Below, piece after piece: positions 1 through 10,914 of a DNA stretch of 64,000 nt. The position numbers and the translations under genes are program-made. This stretch comes from Mobula birostris. Lineage: Eukaryota. The stretch lies in contig NC_092379.1 of the NCBI RefSeq assembly GCF_030028105.1, positions 27,583,821 to 27,647,820 on the forward strand. The letters are read 5' to 3'. The notes under the pieces were generated by a model. The model was not told where the DNA came from. It did no database searches and saw only the letters and a list, made by a program, of their open reading frames with translations. Position 1 is the stretch's first letter; every line of letters starts with the position of its first letter.

Positions 1-10
1 TTTGGTGTAA

Positions 11-20
11 TGACATCACT
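11..20 (-). promoter_or_regulatory. TCR V-promoter CRE-like decamer (AGTGATGTCA)
   Basis: tgacatcact at 11-20 is the reverse complement of AGTGATGTCA, matching the decamer consensus AGTGAYRTCA known from TCR V promoters; it lies 158 nt upstream of the V leader ATG at 178. Confidence 0.6.
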
Positions 21-177
21 ACGTGTATCCGTCATCATTGGTTATTTGTTTAGTTGATGAATTGAAGCCGTAAACGTATTGCATAATTCATGCACTTTCG
101 GGACTGACGCATTAGGGTTCTTCTCAAAACATATTCTCAGGGTCAAACCTACAATTTCTTATCCATTGTCAGAAGAT

Positions 178-229
178 ATGTTCGCAGTCCCAGTCTACGC
201 GGTTCTTATGGTGGCAGCTCTTTTGACCA
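178..229 (+). CDS. TCR V segment 1, leader exon
   Basis: ATG at 178 encodes hydrophobic MFAVPVYAVLMVAALLT plus 1 nt (52 nt, phase 1), followed by the donor gtgagt at 230. Confidence 0.9.
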
Positions 230-363
230 GTGAGTGTCTAAACGCGCTAAATACCAATTTCGCTATATTTTCTAGCCGATTAACATTTTGTTTTTATATA
301 TAGTCTTACACTCGTTCTTAATTATAGCTTTAAACACGTCTCTGACTACTTGAATTACTGCAG

Positions 364-670
364 GTGTCGGTGCCGCAAACACGGTCTATCAGGAGACTGA
401 TAACATACAGCGATTTGAAGGTGATTCAGCGACAATTATTTGCAACTTTTCAACCGTTGATGATATGTATTCCTTACAACTTTACCGTCAGTATCAGGAT
501 ATTGGCATCCAATTCTTAATACTCCATCCATCTTATGGAACTACTTCCAAAGCAGGAGAAGTGAATTCTCGGTTTTCCGCATCCCTCGACACATCAAAAA
601 AGAAGGGAACATTTGCTGTGGACGGATTAAAACTGTCTGACAGTGCGGTGTATTACTGCGCTTTGAAACA
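364..670 (+). CDS. TCR V segment 1 (TRAV/TRDV-like), V exon
   Basis: Acceptor ttactgcag ends at 363. Open frame (S)VGAANTVYQETDNIQRFEGDSATIICNFSTVDDMYSLQLYRQYQDIGIQFLILHPSYGTTSKAGEVNSRFSASLDTSKKKGTFAVDGLKLSDSAVYYCALK has both IgV cysteines, RFS and DSAVYYC; the CAL ending is typical of alpha/delta V. An RSS follows immediately. Confidence 0.9.
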
Positions 671-709
671 CACGGCACCAACTACTGTCGGCGGCCTCAT
701 ACAAAAACT
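671..709 (+). promoter_or_regulatory. 23-bp-spacer recombination signal sequence of V1
   Basis: Heptamer CACGGCA (671-677), exactly 23 nt (678-700), nonamer ACAAAAACT (701-709). Confidence 0.85.
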
Positions 710-2097
710 CCGACCAGTACGGAAAACGAAAGCCACTGGAAGACCTAGGGTACAATCACGTATTCACAGTGGTGGGGTGTATTATTGTAACAGGCACAGA
801 AAATGCCAGCAGTAGCCAAACGAAAGAGGTTCTAGAAAACGCATTTTATCAGGTCTCCTAATAGCACCACAGCTTGGATTTCTCTGTCTTAATATTTCAT
901 CATAATAGATAGAAATCTTTTCAAGAGCGATTACGATTCCAGGTACAAACTGTAAATTAATATTTTTTCACAGATATGACAAAACCCAAACGAGAAAACC
1001 AGAAGTAATTGTAGAAAATGTTGGAAAACACCATCATATCGTACATCATTTTCTGAGAGACATTTGAAAACAGAAGTAGTGGTGTGATATTCAACGCTTC
1101 AGAGTTGTCATTAAACAGTACCCATTTGTGTATTAATATGAGTCGAATGTGTTATTTTTATTTTCTGAGGCGAAGTCGCACTTTTGTATCTTCACATTGT
1201 TTTTTTTTTTAAACGGCAGAATGGAGGTATCTTACTTTTCGTATTTGAATTGTTTGCGGACGCCAACTTGTGAAGCATCACCTAAATTATCTAATTACCT
1301 CCGATTAAACTAATACATCTGGGGATACATTTGTGAGTCAAGAACAGGTTAAGCTATGAAAGCTCAAAACGTTTTGAAAGGAAGCAATGGGTTACTGGGA
1401 ATGTACAAGTAAAATATTAAATTAATGACTTTCAAAGTATTAAGAATAGGAAAAAAATACAGGGTCTGGCACTAAAGTAATCACTGTGACTAGAAGTGCA
1501 CTCTCACGTGTTCAGCATAGTACGTGGAAATAGAAACATTACTAATATTTTAGGTAAACTATATTCTCCTATGTTTTAGAAACTTAGGGAAAGCAGCTCA
1601 TACTGACTTGCTGCGGAAGTTTAGGAAGTTTATTTGTTAGGGTACTGATGCTGTGGGAGCCTTCTATTTTTGTATCAGGTTCGCGATCCGACAAATGCGA
1701 GCAGCAATACTGACCCTGAATTGCTATGTTAATCATTTATTTGCTAATAGTAGGGAATCGATAAAACATCAATTTCCCTCAAATTACAGAAACTATATAG
1801 CTGACAATTCAACAAGAATACCCAACAATCGGCAAACATACTTAGCTAAAAGCACGGGGAGATCATACCCTCCTGCCATGTGCATCACATGGCTTAAACA
1901 AAGGGAGAGAGACAGAGCCTACCCCATGCAATGTATATATACTCAGGATATGTGAAACCTGTCAAAAAGCAGTTACCCAATCAAAAAAAAAAAGCAGCTG
2001 CAGTTTCCGAGCAAACCAATCACGATGAAGCGACCTAGGCCGGAAGGAAAAGCCACGCCCCCACGTGCACACGACCCCTCGAAAGCTGCGAACGTGA

Positions 2098-3230
2098 TCA
2101 AGTCAAGTCAAGTCACCTTTTATTGTTATTTCGACCAGAACTGCCGGTAGATTACACAGTAAAAACGAGGTAAAAGTTTTCAGGCCAAAGGTACTACATG
2201 AACGATACGAAAACTACAGGGAACTATGTAAAACAACACAAAACTACACTGGACTACAGACCTACCCAGGATTGCATGAATTACACAATACAGTGCAGAC
2301 ATTACACTAAAGAAAGAAGACAATATGCAAAGTACAGGGCATTAGGTTGCTGTCAGTCCAGGTTGTGGGTTTTGATGGATTAGGGGAAGAAATGTAACAC
2401 AGTACGGTCGTGAGAGCCAGAATACTTCGGTGACTTTTGTCAGATGGCAGGAGGGCGAAGAGTTTGTATGAGAGGTGCGTGGGGTCCTTCATAATGCTGT
2501 TTGCTTTACGGGTGCAGCGTGTGGTGTAAATGTCTGTAATCGCCGGAAGAGAGAGCCGATGATTTTCTCAGATGAACTCAATATCCGCTGCAGGGTTTTG
2601 CGATCCGAGGTAGTGCAAATTCCGAACCAGGTATTGAAGCAGCTGTTCAGGATGCTCTCAATACAACTTCTGCAGAATGTGGTGAGGATGATGGGGGGGG
2701 GGTGCGGTGGGGTGGAGCGGTGGTCGGAGATGGATTTTCCTCAGCCTTCGCAGAAGGTAGAGACGTTGATGGGTTTTCTTTGCTATGGAGCTGGTGTTGA
2801 GGGACCAGGTGAGATTCTCCGCCAGGTCAACACCAAAAAAAAAAAAAAAATGGTGCTCTTAACGATCTCTACGGAGGAGTCGTGGATGTTCAGCGGGGAA
2901 TGGTCGTTTAGTGTCCTCCTGATTTCAACAAGCATCTCTTTTGTTTTGTTCACATTCAGAGACAGGTTGTTGGATCTGCGCCAGCCCGTTAGCCGCTGCA
3001 CATCCTCTCTGTATGCTGACTCATCGCTCTTGCTGATGAGACCCACCACGGTCGTATCATCGACAACATGATGATATGGTCCGAGCTGTGTGTTGCAGCA
3101 CCGTCGTGGGTCAGCAGAGTGAACAGCAGTGAACTGAGCACACAGCTCTGGTGGCGGGGGGGGGGGGGGGGGAGTTATGCCCAGTGTGATGGCGTTGGAG
3201 ATGCTGCTTCCAATCCGGACTTCCAACCAT
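2098..3230 (-). mobile_element. Rex1/Babar-type LINE, 5'-truncated and frameshifted
   Basis: Minus-strand RT motifs VRIGSSISNAITL, SCVLSSLLFTLLTHD, DDTTVVGLISKSDESAYREDVQRL and NNLSLNVNKTKEMLVEIRR; short-repeat 3' tail (tcaagtcaagtcaagtca on +) at 2098. Confidence 0.85.
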
Positions 3231-5892
3231 ACAATATTCAGACTAGGATGACTCTCGGGACTTTGTTAAATTACATATATATCTCCAATACTGTAAACCC
3301 AGTAGTTACTACCCATGCACTATCGTACTCCGCCAGTTTTCCTGTGCCCCCAAAAGTTCGCCAGCTACATCTTGGAATATAATAGCCAATGATCAGTTTC
3401 CTCCTCTTAATCTTATACACTACTTACAAATACGTGATGTTATGCGATCCGTCAAATATGTAGGTATGGTATTGTTGATAAAGCTGTATGAATACCACCT
3501 TCCATTGGCAACAGATAATCTAAGTCTCCAGAATCACTTCCCGAAAAATTGAGGCAGAATGTTATTCAAAACTTTTCCCTTCTTTGTAATAGAGCGGTTA
3601 CCGAGCAGCATACGCAAGAAGTGTAACCAGGATACTGGTGAGGCATAGGTACCTCATAACCCTGTTGAAACCATGGGTAGACAGAGGAATAGAGTATGCA
3701 CTTCAGCCTCCAACAAGTTACTAGTTTCACTCGACCATTTAGGATAGGCACAATCGCCCCAGAGTACTATTCTTGCTCATACTTACCATCCACTTTGAGC
3801 CTTTATTTGTATTCATCATAGTATATGCACCAACAGTTTTTCAGCTGAGGAAATCATGTTATAAGTCAGGACATTCCAATTGGATAAACCGCACATAGGA
3901 AAATAGATGCCTTTGAAGCATATACCCCACAAGGGCTAGGAGTTCTCAAGTCTTTCCAAGTTTTAATGAACTCTGTAGAACATGGCTGGAATAGATTACT
4001 CCCTCCAAACTCACCCAGAAGAGAATGTCAAAACCTGAGAGCCAGATAAAATATCCTTACAGTATTTTCTTCGTTCAATAGACCAATATCAGTGGCATCC
4101 CTGCCGTAAAAATAGTAAGGAGTCAGCAGAGAATTTCAGTAGTCTGCCCCTTTGGTTTAATGTATATGCTCAAATCCTCTCCGCAGGACAGTATTTCAGG
4201 ATCTCCCAACACAGGTCAACACCTGCTAAGTTGTAATGTAGGGAGATACAAATGCACTCGCTCGTGATTAGTCACAGGATTTTCAGAAAACGCAGAAACA
4301 ACATAAATACTAGAATGGCTCCCAAAATGCCAATTCCCTCTAAAAGGTGAGCAGCTCATATCCAAAATAATGTTGGCCAAATTTCTACTAAATTTCCTCT
4401 CAAGTTTCACATGAAATGAGTCATCCTTAATACCAGCTGCAAGGGGAACAAGTAAGAAAGTAACTAATTAACATACATCAAACACGTAACAGATTAGGAA
4501 ACAAGAAATAAAGTAGCTGACGAAACGAAAACAAGAAACAAATTATCAGATTAAACACAAGGCACGAATCACAAAACCCGGAAGGTATTTTTCTTTAAAA
4601 TTTCCTGTGGAACTGCTGAAACTTAAAACTCCGCAAATTTCTAACAGAGAAACAAGAATTATCAGAGAACAATTGATAAGATAAACGCAACTAGACGGGA
4701 ATCAACAAATTTAAAGATTTTCTAAAAGACCGCATGCACACACAACTGCAAACTGACGCGTGTGATTACACCTTACATTTCTACGCATCAGAATTATTCA
4801 CACTTTATTTACAGGGAAGAAGGAAGCAGTTCAAACAAACCCTTCCCTGCTACAATAATGACCTAATCACTCCTGATTCCTAGTGTTTTTGATGGTTATC
4901 GGATAACAGTTGTTTAGAACACAAAATAGAATGCGAAGAATCTAGCAGAGGACAAATGAATCCTTATCTGCAGAGGAAGAAAGACACATACCCCTCAAAA
5001 GCTTGTTATTGTTACTTGCTGAGAGCATTTCCATCACATTGCATAGGGGATATCGGTGGGGTACGCATTTAACTGCTCCAGCGAACCTAGCTTTTAGCAA
5101 AGCCGTAAATATATTTTATAGTAAATGCAGGATCCCCCAATCCTACTCTGCTTACCTAACTTCCATACTAATATGTACTCTCCTCAACATGCCTTAAAAT
5201 TTGCGATAGTTGAATAGCAGTACTTGTAGGATGAACTAAAGCTGTTATTTTTAATGAAACAGCTTTTTATTGATGATTAAGCACACTGTCGTTTTATACA
5301 CGTGGTCTACCATTCCGAGATTTAATTCAATGTTTCCTGTCGGAATACCGTCACCGCGGTATATTTTAGTGATAAGAGCCCACTGGAGTAAGACTTTAGT
5401 ACCGCTCTGTATAGTACTCTGTACTGTCTCGGGACTTAAATTCTAGAAAATAAGAGTACACACGTACATTTAACTGCTTCAGTTAACCGAACGCATAGAG
5501 GTGCATTATGCACAGTGGAGGCAAGTAGCACTGTAAGGGATTTATTGATAGCGTCATGTGACCATGAGCTACCTAAAGCACCCTCTTCTTTGTTAGATAA
5601 AATCATGCCTTAACCCACCTCACTCCAAGTCCTAAATAACCACGCAGCCAACGACGATCAATCCTTTCATCTCATCTATCCCTTAAAAATGCTAATTCCA
5701 TGGCGGAGAATTCTCTGATCTCTTTTGCTTCAATGATTTCCATTCTATCTTACACCAAGCATTCCTGTTCCTCCCTGCTTTCGCACTTCTAAGACCATGA
5801 AACTGCTGGCTAATTCCCCCCAGGGTGAGGATTGTTGAACCGTACTGTTTAGGACACGCAAGGTAGAGGACTATCATCTCAAATACTATTCT

Positions 5893-7453
5893 AGGAGACT
5901 AGTGTTGAAATAAGGAGACTAGTGTCGAAATTGCAGGGGCCCTGGCAGAAATATTTAAAATTTCGCTGTCTACAGGTGAGGTGCCGGAGGATTGGAGAGT
6001 GACTCATCTTGTTCCGTTGTTTAAAAAAGGATCGAAAATTAATCCGGGAAATTATAGGCCGGTAAATTCAACGTCGGTCGTCGGTAAAATATTGGAGGGA
6101 GTACGAAGAGACAGAAACTCAAGCATTTGGATAGACAGGGACTTATTAGGGAGAGTCAACATGGCTTTGTGCTTGGTCGGACATGTTTGACCAATCTATT
6201 GCAGTTTTTCGAGGAGGTTACCAGGAAAGTGGATGAAGGGAAGGCAGTGGATATTGTCTACGTGGACTTCAGTAAGGCCTTTGACAAGGTCCCGCATGGG
6301 AGGTAGTTAGGAAATTTCAGTCGCTAGGTATACATGGAGAGGTAGTAAATTGGATTAGACATTGGCTCAATGGAAGAGGCCAAAGAGTGGTGGTAGAGAA
6401 TTCCTTCTCCGAGTGGAGGCCTGTGACTAGTGGTGTGCCACAGGGATCAGTGCTGGGTCCATTGTTATGTGTCATCTATATCATTGATCTGGATGATAAT
6501 GTGGTAAATTGGATCAGCAAATTTGCTGATGATACAGAGATTGAAGGTGTAGTAGACGGTGAGGTAGTTTTTCAGAGCCTGCAGAGGGACTTGGACCAGC
6601 TGGAAAAATGGGCTGAAAAATGGCAGATGGAGTTTAATACAGACAAGTGTGAGGTATTGCACGTTGGAAGGACAAACCAAGGTAAAACATACAGGGTAAA
6701 TGGTAAGGCACTGAGGAGTGCAGTAGAACAGAAGGATCTGGGAATACAGATACAACATTCCCTAAAAGTGGTGTCACAGGTAGATAAGGTCGTAAAGAGA
6801 GCTTTTGGTACATTGGCCTTTATTAATCAAAGTATTGAGTATAAGAGCTGGAATGTATGATGAGGTTGTATAAGGCATTGGTGAGGCCGAATCTGGAGTA
6901 CTGTGTTCAGTTTTGGTCACCAAATTAAAGGAAAGATATAAATAAGGTTGAAAGCGTGCAGAGAAGGTTTACAAGGATGTTGCCAGGACTTAAGAAACTC
7001 AGCTACGGAGAAAGGTTGAATAGGTTAGGACATCATTCTCTTGAGCGTAGAAGAATGAGGGGAGATTTGATAGAGGTATATAAAATAATGATGAGTATAG
7101 ATAGAGTGAATGCAAGCAGGCTTTTTCCACTGAGGCAAGGGGAGAAAAAAAAAACAGAGGACTTGTGTAATGGGTCGGGGGTGGGGGAGTTTAAAGGGAA
7201 CATTAGGGGGCTGGGGGCTTTTTCACACAGAGAATGGTGGGCGTATGGAATGAGCTGCCAGACGAGGTGGTAAATGCGTTTTCTTTTTACATTTCAGAAT
7301 AAATTGGATAGGTACATGGATGGGAGGTGTATGGAGGCATATGGTCCGTGTTGAGGTCAGTGGGACTAGGCAGAAAATGGTTGGGCACAGCCAAGAAGGG
7401 TCAAAAGGTCTTTTCCTGTGCTGTACTTTTTTTCTATGGTTCTATGGTTTCTA
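5893..7453 (+). mobile_element. CR1-clade LINE, 5'-truncated (RT and 3' end)
   Basis: PEDWRVTHLVPLFKKG, NYRPV, SGVPQGSVLGPLL, SKFADDT and QMEFNTDKCEVLH; 3' tail ttctatggttctatggtttcta; frameshifts and stops present. Confidence 0.92.
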
Positions 7454-7976
7454 TCCGAAATCCGTTTGTAGCAAGTGATATAGGAGATGCTTACTGCGAA
7501 TGAAAAATAAGAAAACCAGCTGCGGTTTCTAAATCAATCGCGGCAAAGCAGCAGTCAGTTCTTCATAATAACTAAATATATATCTTTCAGAGACTATGCA
7601 CATCTGTTAAGTCCAGTGACATATCACTCTTTGCAGACAAATTCCACCCTCATCTCTTGCAGTAGCCTCCAACACCTTAATACCTGTCTGTAGCCTTCTC
7701 ATGCCTAAATAACACCAAATATGACAGTTGCCGAGCAGTTCATGCACAGCTTGTATGTGCTTTTATGCAATTCTTGATATGCTTGTTCACTCGACCACGC
7801 CCACGCAGGTGTAATGAGATGTCTATGTCATGCACAGACATTGAATATGAGCAGCCAATCCCTGAGCAGGGATCAAATCTTCCGCTGAGATGCGAGTCGT
7901 TCAAAAACTCTCATGTTTTGAATCAGAAAATTTCCCGTGAGGCTGCCGATTACTCCAGAACACGATAATTACAGGA

Positions 7977-8407
7977 ATGTTCTGTTCGGAGCGGCTGACT
8001 TTATTTCATCTTTGCCTGGCGCTGTTAATCTGTAAGTGTTGCACAATCACCAACGTCATTTCATCTATTTTTGTTTATTATCACATCACCTGATGCGTTT
8101 CGGTGTTTCTTTTGCAGGCCGATGTTTCTCGGACCTCGTGCTACAGTCCCCGTCTGACATAACCGTTTTGAGTGGCGATTCCGTTCAGTTTAACTGCACC
8201 TATGGCACATCCAGCATTTTTTCCATGATGTGGTACCGACAGAAATCGGAACAGAGGACGGAGTACACAATAAAGCGTGGAATAACTGGGAGAGAAAACA
8301 GCGGTCGCTTTAAATTTGATCTTTCAACTGAGGGCAGTCGCAGCCAGTTTATTATCGAACCAATCGAGGACGGGGACACAGCCGTCTATTAATGCTCAAT
8401 ACAGCCC
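7977..8407 (+). pseudogene. TCR V segment 2 (alpha/delta-like), pseudogene by one in-frame stop
   Basis: Leader exon 7977-8031 (MFCSERLTLFHLCLALLI, phase 1, donor gtaagt), 86-nt intron, acceptor tttgcag. V exon 8118-8407 reads (C)RCFSDLVLQSPSDITVLSGDSVQFNCTYGTSSIFSMMWYRQKSEQ...GRFKF...DGDTAVY*CSIQP, with TAA at 8390-8392 replacing the second Tyr of YYC. Confidence 0.88.
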
Positions 8408-8445
8408 CACAGTCCGAGAGAACGCAAACAGTCCCCGCAGAAAAA
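8408..8445 (+). promoter_or_regulatory. Degenerate 23-type RSS of V2
   Basis: Heptamer CACAGTC (8408-8414), 22-nt spacer, nonamer-like GCAGAAAAA (8437-8445) running into a poly-A tract. Confidence 0.65.
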
Positions 8446-10038
8446 AAAAAAAAAACGTCTCTGCTCTTTCAGCTGCATCCGTTTCCGACAACGTAGCATG
8501 TTCATGTACGCGTCCAGCGGCACTTATTCTGCCTGTTGAGTTCAAGGTGCAAGAATACAAGGCCGAGTATCCGGGCGTCTTTTCCAAAACAACAAATAGG
8601 ACCGTTTGGCTGGAAAATTGAGCATAATGTTACTGTAATTATAGAGCAACGACTGAACCCTGCATTGCTTCCTTTCGTCTCAGTGAAATTGTTTTTTTTC
8701 TCGTACAGAATTTCTAGGGCCCCGCAGCGACACTGACTACAGCAGTGTGGATAAATATTCGATGCAGGAGATGCCATATAATCATTATGGACATGGATAT
8801 CCTCCACTTCGTTTCGAATGACTTTGCCTGTGAAATCAAATCTCCTTGCACGGCTGCTGCAAGGATTATGCGTAGGGGCACTATGTTAAAACATACCACG
8901 TACAAAATCTTCAAACAAATTTGCCCCTCACTGATTACATTAGATCAGAACGAAACAATGCAACCTTCACCTTCGGCACGCCGATGTAATATCTGATAGA
9001 GTTGGGGATCGTATTTCACACTCCGTCGATCCTGAAACTTTCCTGAATCGATTTAATACATCATACCATGAGACAGAGATTTTAGAAGTATGATTTGAAA
9101 ACAAACATAGAACACCGAATGATGTTTATTTGGGTTTTAGGTACTTGGCTGCTGTTTCTGTTGAAGGATCGTCCTCTTGTCAAAGCAGACTATAGTGTAG
9201 ACTAGCATAACCTTTCAAAGCGAATGCACATCAGATAAGAGATCAATTGAAAGGAGATGGTGGCCATCGACATTGAATAAGACATCAAAGGAGTTGTTTG
9301 GGAAATGACACAGGGAAGCTGACAAAGGGTTGTGTTGGGGAACGCTGTATCTAGTGATCGCAATGCCAGTATGTACAACACAATTATTGAAGATCATAGA
9401 TCATGTCACTGGTTTATACCCTAATCATGAGAAAGTCTATTTATGATGGTATGAGAGAGGATGTTGTAAGAGTTAAGTGAAGCAGGCTTTTTTTTCCTGG
9501 CAAAGATCATTTTGGCAAGTGGGAAGCCTTCATAAAGTCACACGTTTAAAGCACTAACAGTACATATTGCTGTCGGAATTATTCATAACAGCTGCATCAA
9601 CCCATGGGGTTTTCAGAGATATTGAAAACCGTTCAGAAAAACAAGGAGGTTCATCACAGATATCAGCAGGTAGGAAGAAATGATATACGTGAGAAGTATA
9701 GAAAGTGCAAAGTAATACTTCGGTAAAAATCAGGGCCAGGTGTTAAAAAAAAAAAAAAAACATGACATTGTTCTTGCAGAGAAGGGAGAGCATAATCCTC
9801 AGGGCGTCTTCACGGAAACTAAGAGTTAAAGCGTTGCAAACATAACGTTGGGGCATCGTGAAAAGCTGTTTGTTAATGGTGGGTGGATGCAGAAAACATG
9901 GGGAGTTCTTCAGTTGTTTTTTGTTTAATTTTAAAAACGCAAACAACAGGAATTCTGCAGATGCTGGAAATTCTAGCAACACACATCAAAGTTGCCGGTG
10001 AACGCAGCAGGCCAGGCAGCATCTCTAGGAAGAGGTAC

Positions 10039-10074
10039 AGTCGACGTTTCAGGCCGAGACCCTTCGTCGAGACT
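10039..10074 (-). ncRNA. Minimal type-I hammerhead ribozyme motif, core mutated
   Basis: Minus strand reads agtc-TCGACGA-agg gtctcgg cct-GAAAC-GTC-gact; the CUGANGA box is altered to UCGACGA. Confidence 0.55.
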
Positions 10075-10878
10075 AACGGAAGGAAGAGTTAGTAAGAGAT
10101 TTGAAAGTGGGAGGGGGAGGTGGAGATCCAAAATGATAGAAGAAGACAGGAGGGGAAGGGATGGAGCCAAGAGCTGGGCAGGTGATTGGCAAAGGGGATA
10201 TGAGAGGATCGTGGGACAGGAGGCCCAGGGAGAAAGAGAAAAGGGCGGGGGGAACCCAGAGGATGGACAAGGGGTATAGTCAGAGGTATAGAGGGAGAAA
10301 AAGGAGAGTGAGAGAAAGAATGTGTGTATAGAAATAAATAACGGATGGGGTACGAGGGGGAGGTGAGGCATTATCCACGGCCTCCTCTACTGTAAAGCAG
10401 GATCTCCCAGTGGCCACACATTTTAATTCCACATCCAATTCCCATTCTGACATGTCTATGCACGGCATCCTCTACTGTAAAGATGAAGCCACACTCAGGT
10501 TGGAGGAACAACAACTTATATTCCGTCTGGATAGCCTCCAACCTGATGGCATGAACATCGACTTCTCTAACTTCCGCTAATGCCCCACCTCCCCCTCGTA
10601 CCCCATCCGTTATTTATTTTTATACACACGTTCTTTCTCTCACTCTCCTTTTTCTCCTTCTGTCCCTCTGACTATACCCCTTGCCCATCCTCTGGGTTCC
10701 CCGCCACCACCTTTTGTCTTTCTCCCTGGGCCTCCTATCCCATGATCCTCTCATATCCCCTTTGCAAGTCACCTGTCCAGCTCTTGGCTCCATCCCTCCC
10801 CCTCCTAACTTCTCCTATAATTTTGGATCTCCCCTCCCCCTCCCACTTTCAAATTTCTTACTAACTCTTCCTTCAGTT

Positions 10879-10914
10879 AGTCCTGACGAAGGGGCTCGGC
10901 CTGAAACGTCGACT
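10879..10914 (+). ncRNA. Minimal type-I hammerhead ribozyme motif, intact
   Basis: agtc-CTGACGA-agg ggctcgg cct-GAAAC-GTC-gact: stem I agtc/gact, CUGANGA box, stem II agg/cct, GAAA box, palindromic ACGU stem III, predicted cleavage after GUC at 10910. Confidence 0.8.

Noticed and set aside
79-815. ORF-track entries 79-303 and 465-815 as independent proteins
   Set aside because: They are the leader and V exons read through intron and RSS; the real gene is spliced 178-229 plus 364-670.
1482-1488. CACTGTG heptamers at 1482 and 42976 as J/D RSS
   Set aside because: No GGTTTTTGT-like nonamer at 12 or 23 nt and no FGXG reading frame. I found no J, D or C segments anywhere in the window.
2475-3071. 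198-aa plus-strand ORF and similar 60-200-aa ORFs
   Set aside because: Antisense shadows or fragments of LINE/LTR sequence with no independent protein features.
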